Assembly: GCA_010015805.1 (NCBI GenBank) | Contig: ML978142.1 | Span: 247,831 to 267,830, forward strand | DNA: 20,000 nucleotides | DNA from: Rhizodiscina lignyota | Taxonomy: Eukaryota | Reading direction: 5' to 3' | Shown: positions 10,647 to 20,000 of the stretch, in pieces | Layout of the letters: every line of letters begins with the position of its first letter | How positions within the stretch are numbered: position 1 is the stretch's first letter | Position numbers and translations under genes: made by a program | Notes under the pieces: model-generated | Told to the model about the DNA's origin: nothing | The model's database searches: none | Seen by the model: only the letters and a program-made list of their open reading frames with translations

Positions 10647-10831
10647 AACGCAACGACCGACGCACATGTTCATCCAGCTTCATGTGACTGTTGGTCCAGT
10701 TCACTTGCCCACACCTCATTTTCCCTATGAGTATCCCGTCATCAGGTCAAATTTGTGCTGTTCAAGCACATGCTCTGCATTTCAATCATCTCACTTATCA
10801 ACCCTATCCGTAGTTCGTCCACCTGCTCATC

Positions 10832-11661
10832 ATGGCTGCAGCCGTTATCGAACATTACGCATCCATTCCTGGTCTACACCGACCACCAACATCCCAGGAT
10901 CTTTCTGACCCACTTGCAGTGTTGGCCCCCCAGTTCTTCAATCTGGCTATTACATACGCTGACGAGCTTCCGATTCCAGTTACAATAGCCTCCCCCATCC
11001 TGAAGATCAACCAGAAATCACCGATAGAACACTGATAGCCCTTGGGGAACTTTTCGTCCAACACAGAGTCCACGACATATTTGGGATTCATCTCCTTCAT
11101 AGCCACTTCACAGCGCCAGAAGGCTCTATACTTCTTGGTGTCAAATTTCAGATGTCAGGCTCGACGAAGGCCTGCTGGACCAAACCAGTGGCCGTTACAG
11201 AGCTGAAAACAGCATCAATCCATGGGCATGTGTTTCATGTGAGAACTGATGGGACTTTCGTCCCATATGAATTCCATGAGGGCGACGCAGCGTCGAAAGC
11301 AGCCATGGTTGGACCCGCTTTCTTTCAGGGCCTTGCGGCATTCCTGCACCGTAACAAGCTTACTGGTTTAGTCGCTCTGCAGGCGCTCGAAGATTGTCGG
11401 CAGAATACCAACATGGAACTTCAAATCGGACCAGAAGCTACTGTAATGTTGGACGAAAGGGATGTTGTGGGGATGGGTGCGATCCGTATGACGACCGGCT
11501 GGTCTTTCCGGGTGGCAGATGACGGAATTATCTCTTGCAAGGGTAACGATGTTTACGCACCAAAGACTAATAGCAACCACCAGGTCTTTAAGGACTCAAA
11601 GCCTCTTCCTGACGTTGAGGCTTTGAAGGCAGCCCTGCGCAACGAAGGCGTTATTGCATGA
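10832..11661 (+). CDS. Fungal hypothetical protein, ~256 aa, 2 exons, His-rich motifs
   Basis: Exon 1 10832-10920, intron 10921-10979 (GTTGGC..GCTGAC..CAG), exon 2 10980-11661; 771 nt open. Spliced protein: MAAAVIEHY..DPLAVYNSLPHPEDQ..LFVQHRVHDIFGIHLLHSHFTAPEG..IHGHVF..PYEF..TTGW..GVIA*. Confidence 0.85.
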
Positions 11662-11699
11662 GATCGTACGAGTAGCTCAACGCGGGGCCGCTTAGGAAC

Positions 11700-14390
11700 T
11701 GTCTACGGCACATTTTGGAACGAAGTGGTTGTTTGTATTTCGGTATGATATGTCTGTCACTCGCTTTAACCTGAATCCATCTTGGTATGCAGTGAAGCAG
11801 CTTTGTGTTGTGTGAGCAGTAGAGTGCTTCTCGCCCTACGGCCTTCCCAAAATGTTGCATGACACCATAGAATCGAATATGAATGTCTTGATGCGCCAAC
11901 GAGTCCACACGGCTAACACCCACCAGGAGCCCGAGATAGTCAGTAGCGTGAAGTCCTTCCCTCATCTCGTGCGCCACACAGCCTCTAAGGAATATCAGAC
12001 CCAAAACCGTTGCATAAGTCATCTCCGCACAGTAGAGGTCCATCATCATGCCTATACCTGAACGATCCGGCTCTGGTCCTCGATCAATCCATCGTCTTCC
12101 ACCTAAACCATGGCATTCATGTCAATTTTGGAATCCTGTATCTTCAAGACTAAGATTCGCCGGCCCCGTCCTCAACTCATGTAGCCATGCCACCAAACCG
12201 CTGCTCCGGGTGCTTCACCGCGTCGCTGAGCAATCGTTAAAGCCGCCAAATCATCCTGGCTCGCCATGATACGATGCCACGGCGCCCACTGAAAGTGACG
12301 GAAGAGCTCCTCGTACAGTCTGCTAATGACAACTCGAGATTCCAGGAAGCGTCGACTTGGCAATACGCAAACAATACCTGAAACTATTCCAGGTTCTCAC
12401 ACCAACTGTTAGATATACGAATTTGAAGTAATTTAAAACTTTATTATAAGAAATAAGCGGTTTGAGGACGTTTGGAGGTCAGAATTCTCTGAAACTCTGA
12501 CAAAGGACTACGAACGCGTCAATTTCACCCAGAGGCTTCGAGTCTCCCACATATCTAGAGCTGTACATAGTCTGAAGGTCTCTCGAGATGCACCGCGGAG
12601 CTATTCGGAACCGTTAAAGAGGAGAGAAGCTAATGCACGAATGTACCACAACACTCCTAATTCCAGCTCGTGAAATCGAAACAGACGCAAGGTCTCTCTT
12701 GAGGCTTTCAAAGGGCAACTCAATCGATAGAACACGAATGCATTAAGGTTTAGCAGAGCCTAAGAGATTGTTAAAAGTATATGAGGCTACGAGACATCTG
12801 CTTCTTAATTCTCTATAACATCGACACATATAACCAGATACCCGTGTCCTGTGAGCGAGCGTACATGTACAAGCATCTCGGATTCTCATTACAAGACCTT
12901 AATGCGTTTCAAGAGCCTTTGCATCACATCGGACTACTGCACCACAGTGAGAGTTTTGAACACAAGACCGGCCACGCCAAATGATTTCGCTTCCCGCTTG
13001 CAGCGCTCTGCCTCCATTGACCGCGACTGGTCTACGCTATGTTCATCAAAATTGCTTTCCTTTGCCTTAAGCTGGTCGAAGGTACTTTGATGAGCTTGGC
13101 ATTGACTACTTGGAGCGAGTGGCTTTAATGTAAGCTCAGATAGTCGGATAATGGTCGAGAGTATGTGAGGTCACCGCCCACTTCGAAGTTGACAGCGCAA
13201 GCACCACAAGCTCCTCGCGTGAGCCCCATGATGCTACAATTTCCAATTATATCGCGTTCTTCGCCGAAAGAAGGTCCTTAAGTTGGGTGCCTGATTTTGT
13301 AGTCACCCCTGAGCAGCCCCTCAGAGTGACCTATGGTGAACTGGCTGAATCCACCACGCGAGGGCCAGGAGAAAAGATACCAGCCGATTCGCAGCGGCCT
13401 TCGACCTGATATCCCATGCACCAACGAAATCCGACATGGCTCGCTGCCCGATTTGGAGGGCGCATGTCCCTGCCTAGCAGGCTCTGAAGGGCCATGAGAC
13501 GCTTTGAGCCTTCTTTCCCTTATCTCCTCTTCCCATGAATCACATCTCCTACCGTCTCCCGCATTGCCATGAATCCGTTGGCGAGATTCATGAGATAATC
13601 CCAGAGAGCATAGCCCCCTGAAAGGTAGTCGTCCGAGACATCATGCCCGCAGAAATCTGCTCCAGTTTGCCGAGAATTTGGTGTCGCTCAACTTCATGCT
13701 TCCATTTCCGAAAATTTCTCCCCTCGACCTGCTGCGACTGTGCCGTGCCCGGTCGCATGAATGTATTCGAAGGTTGTAAGTGGTTGGTTGTGCTGATTCC
13801 ATAACGAGCACCGTCTAATTACTCCGTCGCTTTCCGGCATGCTTACGAACGACGGCCCTTCCCATTTCCCCCAAATGAAGGCGTGCTATACAGTAGTGAG
13901 ACTCATCAATTAGGACGTGGCCACTCTTATGAAGCCTAGGCAAGTGAAAGATGATGCTGGATGCGACCCAATAGCGCCTTCACGTCAGCTTAATAAACAT
14001 GTATCAAAGCGGTGCTTGCCCTTTGTCCTTCCGAGCATGTAGAGGAACGGCTCGCTACATCATGACCAGGCGAGACCGACCACGATTCTCAACATCCTAC
14101 TCTCTTCCTCTATGGACAGCTGGTCTTCGCTCCTCACTTTGAAATGACTTGAAAATTTGAGAAATGCTGGAGAGGAAGTCATCCAAACAATTTGACTTTG
14201 ATACTTGCCGAACGCAAACCCAGGTAAAGGAGATTGAAAACGAATCTTAGAAGAAAAATATGGATGGTGGCTATAACCACGAGTGGAGAACGAGGCCGTT
14301 ATCATTTTTAAGAAGCAGAACAGCCCAGTTCTCGGCCAGCTCAGTGCTAGCTCAGCTGGCTGGGCTTGAGAACAATGCAGGCTCACCTTC
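11700..14390 (-). pseudogene. Very degenerate coding-like relic(s) of unknown identity
   Basis: Protein-like stretches in shifting frames (NFRKWKHEVERHQILGKLEQI; DDYLSGGYALWDYLMNLANGF; STFDQLKAKESNF..LTVVQ*SDVMQRLLKRIKVL**; WWVLAVWTRWRIKTFIFDSM) broken by many stops. Boundaries are rough. Confidence 0.3.
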
Positions 14391-14596
14391 TCGGCCCTGC
14401 CAGCTCATGGCCGCACCGCCACCAGTTCATTGCGGTTTAGCCAGGATCCAGAATACATCACCCAAGGCTCATGTTGGCGAGCGCAAGGGAAATGTGGAAA
14501 GTTGGAAAGTCGCATAGTTCCTTGCGGTATTTTAGGCATCGATGAAATGATGCCCATATCAAGGTAGAATGCCTCACCCCTGATCATTTCATTTTC

Positions 14597-15960
14597 CTAC
14601 TTGCTAGTCTCTTCCCATTCCTTCCCCTCCTCGTCCAGGCTCTTTCTCCTCCCATCTAGTTCCTTCCTCTCCTTTTCCTGTCTCTACTCATGTCTTTGAT
14701 TAAACTGCGCCTTTTCAGTCTTCACCTGCATTACCTCGCTCTCCAATTCGCGCTTCCACGTGGCAGTAGCGTAGTGTAATTCCTAGAAGGTCTTACTTGC
14801 GTTCTCCACCTGCACTATTCGAGCAGAGCGCATTGTCAGCTCTTTCAATCCTGCGTTGCAGCTCTCGAGCTTCCTGCTGTATCCAGGGTCTTCTGGCCTA
14901 ATTTCAAGAAGGCCCTTGAGAAGCTTGATCTCACAGGCTAAGAGATTAATCTTGCTTTTCAGGTCGTCGTGTGGGTCGCTGGTTGTGTTCTCGTTCTTTA
15001 GTACAGACTGGAGACAGCCTAAAAGGGACATGATGTTATATGTATCGGTAGGCTGCGCCTGAGCTTTGTTGAGATCCGATTTGATAGCAGCAAGACACGG
15101 GCGTGCCAAGGCACCTGCAGGCGAAGGGGGAGGATGTGCGTTGCTATCGATAAAGCCAAGGGGTTTACGACGAGAAATGCCAGCGTCGACAGACGGAGGA
15201 AGCTTGCACTTGTCTATAAAGCTTTGGACGCCGATTGATTCAAAGCCACACAGCGCAGCATGTAGGACTTGTCGCCAGATCGAACTGCTGACACGCTGCA
15301 CAGGAACCTGTTGGCAGGCGAACAGGTGGAGAGCGTTGACGACGACATGTATACCGCAGTCGTTTGTGTTCTGTTGCTAGGCGCAAGCTTTCTTCTCAAA
15401 TTCCCCTAGCATACGACGCGGGTATTTGGTCTTGAGAAAGCAGCGTAGACGGGCTTCAATCTTACTAGCGGGATGGTAGTCTAGTGAGTCGAAGAATGAA
15501 ATGACGCCCGTCATAATGTCGATATTCGCAATTGAGTAGTGTTGCTTGTATATTACTGGAAATATGAGACACCTTTTATTTTCGGGTGTAGAATTTTGAG
15601 TTCGCCATCCGCACTGGCGCTGCTGAAAGGGCCTCATTCTTCGTCCAACTCGAGGAAGGTTGGGCTGTAGACTCTAATGCTTTTCGGCCGAAAGGTTTCC
15701 AGGAGGCCGTGGACTTGGCTACTCATGAGCCAGTTAGTGTCTAGGAGCATTGATTCATCCATGTCGACGGCGCCGCGGTCTCGTGTTTGAGTTTCACGGC
15801 CAGGTGTGTATTTGGAGTTGTCTCCTTCACCGATATCCCCTTCATCTTCGGAGTCGTCCTCTTCGGCATCACCCTCTTCGGCATCACCCAGTTCGGGGTT
15901 GGTGAGCTACTTGGTAGTTTCTTCATCATTCTAGTCAGTGGTTGAGCACAAGGACGATCT
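14597..15960 (-). pseudogene. Ulp1-like (peptidase C48, SUMO protease fold) gene with acidic N-terminal region and C-terminal coiled coil
   Basis: NWLMSSQVHGLLETF..(TGA/frameshift near 15635)..LIFPVIYKQHYSIANID..FFDSL..CA*QQNTNDCGIHVVVNA retains His, Asp and the Q..DCG Cys motif. The same frame continues through ORF 14783-15301 into an E/K-rich coiled coil. TAG stops at 15931, 15907, 15377, 14783, 14684 and 14597. Confidence 0.85.
15858..15889. repeat. 15-bp tandem duplication (GDAEE x2 on the minus strand)
   Basis: cctcttcggcatcac occurs twice in tandem. Confidence 0.85.
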
Positions 15961-16240
15961 CCCTCTACTCTTCAATATCTCTTTCCGCGTGGCCATCAGC
16001 AAGTCGCAAGATGTCGAAAGTATGGGAATTACAGGCCTCCTCCAGGGACCTGCTCGTCTTCTACATACATTTGGAAAAGCGACGGGGTTTCTGTTTGTCC
16101 CACCCATGATGCTTACACTTGAGACAGCAGACTAGCCGTATCATGTCCGCTGTCTCAACTTTAGCGTGAGCGAGTTAGGAGCTCAAAATTGTCGCTGACC
16201 TTTGATGGTCTTTGGAGAGTTAACCGAATGACAGAAGCGC

Positions 16241-16506
16241 GAAGTTCAAGTGATGAAGATTCACAAGAAGCAACTCGGGGATGACCATCCCTCAACGCTG
16301 ACCAACATGAACAATCTCGCTTTCACGCTGAAAGGTCAGGGCTGAGATGTGGAAGCTATTAGTCTAATGAAGGATTGTGTGCGGCTGCGACGGCGTGTTT
16401 TGGGGATCAGTATCCCAAATATATATCATCTTCAACTGCCTTGAGAGAATGGGAAGCAGAGGCGAGCAGCCCAACTTTAGATATTGCTAAGGAAAATGAA
16501 AGCTAG
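16241..16506 (+). pseudogene. C-terminal TPR (kinesin-light-chain-like) fragment of a fungal NLR-type gene
   Basis: EVQVMKIHKKQLGDDHPSTLTNMNNLAFTLKGQG*DVEAISLMKDCVRLRRRVLG (fs) DQYPKYISSSTALREW matches the LGxDHPxTLxxMxNLA repeat. TGA at 16343-16345. Confidence 0.88.
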
Positions 16507-16879
16507 ATTAGTCAAATGAAATCAATCAAGCCGTAGTTATAAAAAGATCTGAGCCAAGCGGAAGCAAAAACACTCATATTCTGTTAGCCCGCCTTCGAAC
16601 ACCCACAAGCGCGAGGCTGAGCGAGTAGCTCCTCTCGATCGTTACAACGTCGCGCTGGCTCTTCGATCAAAGTCCACCATCACAACCCGGAATGAGCGGT
16701 GATCACTTCCAAGGATTTAGTATTGGAGGAGAATCACGACCCGTCGTAGGGAAGGTCGAAGACGGGTGTACATTATCATACTCATACTCCAGGTATATTC
16801 ACGCGACTCAAAGCTAGACGACGAGACACCCGAGCTCTCCTCTCCTGGCAGCACTACAGCCACTTACGCGAGCAGCTGC

Positions 16880-17323
16880 TCTAGATCTGATGCAGACAGG
16901 CATACCCTACGCGCTTGGCGCTTCAGCGACCCTCGCGACCACAAGACGCGCATTGCCGACAGCAAAGACCCTCTCCTCGACGGATTGTGCTCGTGGATCT
17001 TCAACGATCTGGCCTTTACACGATGGGGAACGACGATGAGTGCCGGATACTATAGATCCATAGCGATCCAGGCAAGGGCAAGGCAATAACGATGATGGCC
17101 ATCATCGACGAGATATCACAGCGGCTACAGTCAAGGCCGAACTCGTCATACTGTCATACTCCTTCTGCCAGAGCACGATACAAGAACTCAACAGCGCAAA
17201 CGCGATTGTGCGAGGGCTTGCTTTTCTTCTGTCGGCGCAGAATCCACGGCTACTCAGCCACCTCCGCACTAAGTGGGAAGAGGCAGGCGAGAGCTTGTTT
17301 GAAGGGCTCGATACGCTCTGCTA
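16880..17323 (+). pseudogene. Truncated HET-E-1-like NACHT NTPase fragment (NLR)
   Basis: DPRDHKTRIADSKDPLLDGLCSWIFNDLAFTRW (fs) NDDECRIL*IHSDPGKGKA..MMAIIDEI (fs) ILSYSFCQSTIQELNSANAIVRGL..LLSHLRTKWEEAGESLFE. Degenerate Walker A at 17062-17085; ends before Walker B. Confidence 0.9.
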
Positions 17324-18950
17324 GCTGATATGGGCGAGAGATGTCGACAACTCGCGACCACTCTCTACCCGGCGTTCGTGTTGCCTGAGGACGCCGTGAT
17401 AGTCGAAAATATTCCCCTTAGGTTCACCCTCATACATAGGGCTCGGCCAGGGCTTGAGTTGCAGACGCGACGGCGACCACGACTCGAGGATAGCAGGACG
17501 GCCGATAGAAGGCCTTCCAGGCGCGGGTCGTCAATCTCGATCAGCTATGCAACATAGCAGCAATCGTGGGAGTCAGACATGTTCGGCGGCTTAGAGGCAT
17601 AGAGATGGCCTTAGCAGCTGCCCCGAGATTCGGCCACTCCTCTGCTCACTGATCGCGCTTCGGATCGCATCACTGCCGGTCACTATACGGCATTAATGTC
17701 GTGGCGATTCCAATAAGTCGCGTACAAGGAAGGCTTTTTGTCGTCGCGGTGCAATGCCCAGAATACCCGATTTGTGCCCAGAACCGTGCTTTGTCCTCGC
17801 TCGAGTCTCCGGCCGTTGTCGTGAGCTTCAAGGGCCTGTGGGTTCAAGGTCTGCGTCTCAGCAGCGATAAATGGAATTAGAATGGAGCTCAATGAAGCGA
17901 CGCATCCTACGCATTGCTCAAGGCCTGAACATCTTCCGCACTCCTATGAACAGCCGCTTCCTTTCCTTCAACATTCTCCACGCCATAAACAGTGTCAGGT
18001 CCTTTACAGAGCCTGACGTGCCTCCAAGCAGCTCACTGTCCCTCCACACAAATCTATGTGCCTTCAATTCCTCGATGAAGCCTCGCTGCGGCGTATTCGG
18101 GATCGTTGCGCAGCACACTGACTGTCGCACATGAGAGTTCCCGGGATTCTGTCGCTCATTTCCTGATGAGGCACCCTTCCACGAGCATGAGAAGCCGCAT
18201 AGCAGCCTTAGGATGGTGTGATTCGCAGTCGATCGGGTCCGGGTGAATGAGGGACGGTCGATCGGGGGTGGCGCTCCAAGGAACTCTGGGTTGGAATAAC
18301 TATCCCGGTCGTCCAGGCTGAACTGCTTCTCCCCGCTCTTCCACGCGTCGCTCGTCGGTATCACCAAGTCTCCAGGATATCGTCCTTACTCTTCTTTAGG
18401 TCTTTCTTCACCTTTACTTTTTGTACACCGCTGGGTCCTTACGCAGCACTATGCCTACGTCAACGTTCGCGGACGAGGAGACTTCGGTGTCGTCGAGGAG
18501 GGAGGGGCAGGACAGAGGTAGGCAGACTCAACGCGCTGTGCAGGGGCCTCAGCATTCGGCAGCGGACTCGTCGGGTATTTCGTCGTCGTCCAGCGCGTAC
18601 GGGTGGCTTCCAGGTTGGTCGCAGAAATGGTAATCTGAAAGTCAGCCGTTGAGAGCCGAGGCATGGCTACGCAGGCGTTCGAAAGACATGGTACCCACAA
18701 GTGCAGCCATTTCTATTACAGTTCGATATCTTTCGTAGGCCGTAACGAGGCAGAGTTGGTAGATGAAGTCTTGACGCCTGTGGATGATTAAATTGGGATC
18801 TTGGCTTCATGTTAGCGAGAGTTGTCTGAAGGGAAGCATACTAAGGTTCGGAGGACCCTCTCGCAGTCAGCCTCAATCCGGTAGCTGCTCGCCCTGCATG
18901 AGCAGCTTGGGGCACGTTCTCCGGAGAAATGAGAATTTCTAGGAAATTGG
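17324..18950 (-). pseudogene. Degenerate multi-exon gene relic of unknown family
   Basis: Intron-like segments (GTACCA..GCTGACTTTCAG at ~18693-18635; GTAGGA..GCAG at ~17910-17851) flank protein-like but frameshifted stretches (RRQDFIYQLCLVTAYERYRTVIEM; RVFWALHRDDKKPSLYATYWNRHD). Confidence 0.35.
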
Positions 18951-19099
18951 GTGCTATAGACTGCAGGAGAAGAGTGTTCTAAAATCGTGATGGTTGGGAT
19001 GGCCGAGCGTGTAGAGGAGGAGGTACGGATAAGGGTAACACTACGGCTCGCTCCCCTGCTAGGGCGCTATGCATAGCGTGCACGGACATATTTGTCGAA

Positions 19100-19660
19100 C
19101 GTTAGTTGCTAAGCTTCTTTGAATATCTAAGAAATTCTATAGAATTCTAAGATTTTAAGCTACTCTTTTTAGACGAGATTGCCTAAACGCCCTTCTAAAC
19201 GTTTTAGTATATAATTTAATTAAATTAGTAGGCCTAAGCTTACTTGCCTTCTTAGTTTTACTGTTTTCGCCCTAAAAATGGTAATAAGGCTAATAGAAAG
19301 CTCTATATAATATAGGCTCTCTTATACGCTTTAAATAGTATTCTTTAGTTTATAAAGCTTTTAATTCTTAATCCTTTACTCTAGAATCTTAAGATTTTAT
19401 ATAAGTACCTTATTACTAGTTCTATCTACTAGGGTCTAATAGTATTACTCTATTAGGTAGTATTAGTCTAAGTATCTACCTACTTAAAGGGTAAGTTAAT
19501 TTATACCTAAGCTTTAACTATATCTAATATATTATAGCCTATACGCCTAATTTCTAACACCTTAGCCTACTATTACTATTAAGCTAAATAGGGACTTAAA
19601 GTACTCTAACTAGCTAATATCTAAACTACTAACCTTAACCCTACTCAAGTATTCTACTCC
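19100..19660. repeat. AT-rich RIP-mutated repeat/transposon relic
   Basis: Abrupt fall in GC, very high TpA, near absence of CpA/TpG, no ORFs. The same composition resumes at ~19868-19930. Confidence 0.88.
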
Positions 19661-19810
19661 GGAACGCGTCGCCTTCCCGCAACTTGCCCCATTTCACCCC
19701 CTTGTTGACACCTAGGAACGCGTCGCCTTCCCAATTTCACCCGCCTGCCCCCCATGTTACGCGCACGGATCGCGTCGCGATTCACTGCCCTCTGGGAACC
19801 CGTCGCGAAT
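19661..19810 (+). repeat. Four copies of a GGAACGCGTCGC-like motif, including an 18-bp perfect direct repeat
   Basis: ggaacgcgtcgccttccc at 19661-19678 and 19715-19732; ggatcgcgtcgcga at 19767; ggaacccgtcgcga at 19795. Confidence 0.85.
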
Positions 19811-19930
19811 CCCTCTCCCCCTGAATCTGGGCTTGTATGGCCTGTGCGCTGCGCGCCCGTCCGCACTTGATAATAACTACTTTAACTACTATCATACTAT
19901 TAATCTAATCGTACTAATCTCTTTTTTAAT

Positions 19931-19956
19931 CTCTCTCGCGCTCGCTCGCTCGCTCG

Positions 19957-19998
<42 letters not shown>
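19931..19998 (+). repeat. Compound microsatellite (CTCG)n-(CT)n
   Basis: Direct reading of the sequence. Confidence 0.97.

Positions 19999-20000
<2 letters not shown>

Noticed and set aside
10271..10687. 138-aa Cys/Val-rich ORF
   Set aside because: By-product of the tgtttg repeats in the MITE-like element.
10855..11106. Minus ORF MAMKEMNPKY... suggesting an insertion in the plus gene
   Set aside because: The plus gene is fully explained by intron 10921-10979; this ORF is antisense shadow.
11651..12049. 132-aa minus ORF as an intact gene
   Set aside because: No motif, overlaps the stop of the real plus gene, and lies within degenerate sequence.
19629..19642. ctaaccttaaccct, telomere-like (CCCTAA)
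   Set aside because: Only about two imperfect units within TA-rich RIP sequence; expected by chance.
19661..19810. CRISPR-like repeat-spacer array
   Set aside because: Eukaryotic context, short degenerate repeats, irregular spacing, no cas genes.

Overview
Eukaryotic DNA, most likely a filamentous ascomycete (short GT..AG introns with CTRAC/CTRAT branch sites, a RIP-type TpA-rich block, fungal NLR and MULE remnants). The window looks like an accessory-region gene graveyard. Only two genes appear intact, and they are divergently transcribed: an APH/choline-kinase-like phosphotransferase (8688-9773, -) and a His-rich hypothetical protein (10832-11661, +). Around them are decayed genes: two apparently paralogous genes colliding tail-to-tail (~2930-5945), a MULE transposase derivative lacking its DDE core, a Ulp1/C48 protease with a coiled-coil tail, TPR and NACHT fragments of NLRs, a small membrane-protein pseudogene and other relics. 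Many premature stops fit CpA->TpA mutation. Non-coding structure includes a hairpin with a perfect 33-bp stem, a MITE-like element, a GC-rich ACGCGT-motif island inside a RIP block, and microsatellites. All family assignments come from motif recognition by eye; no database search was run.
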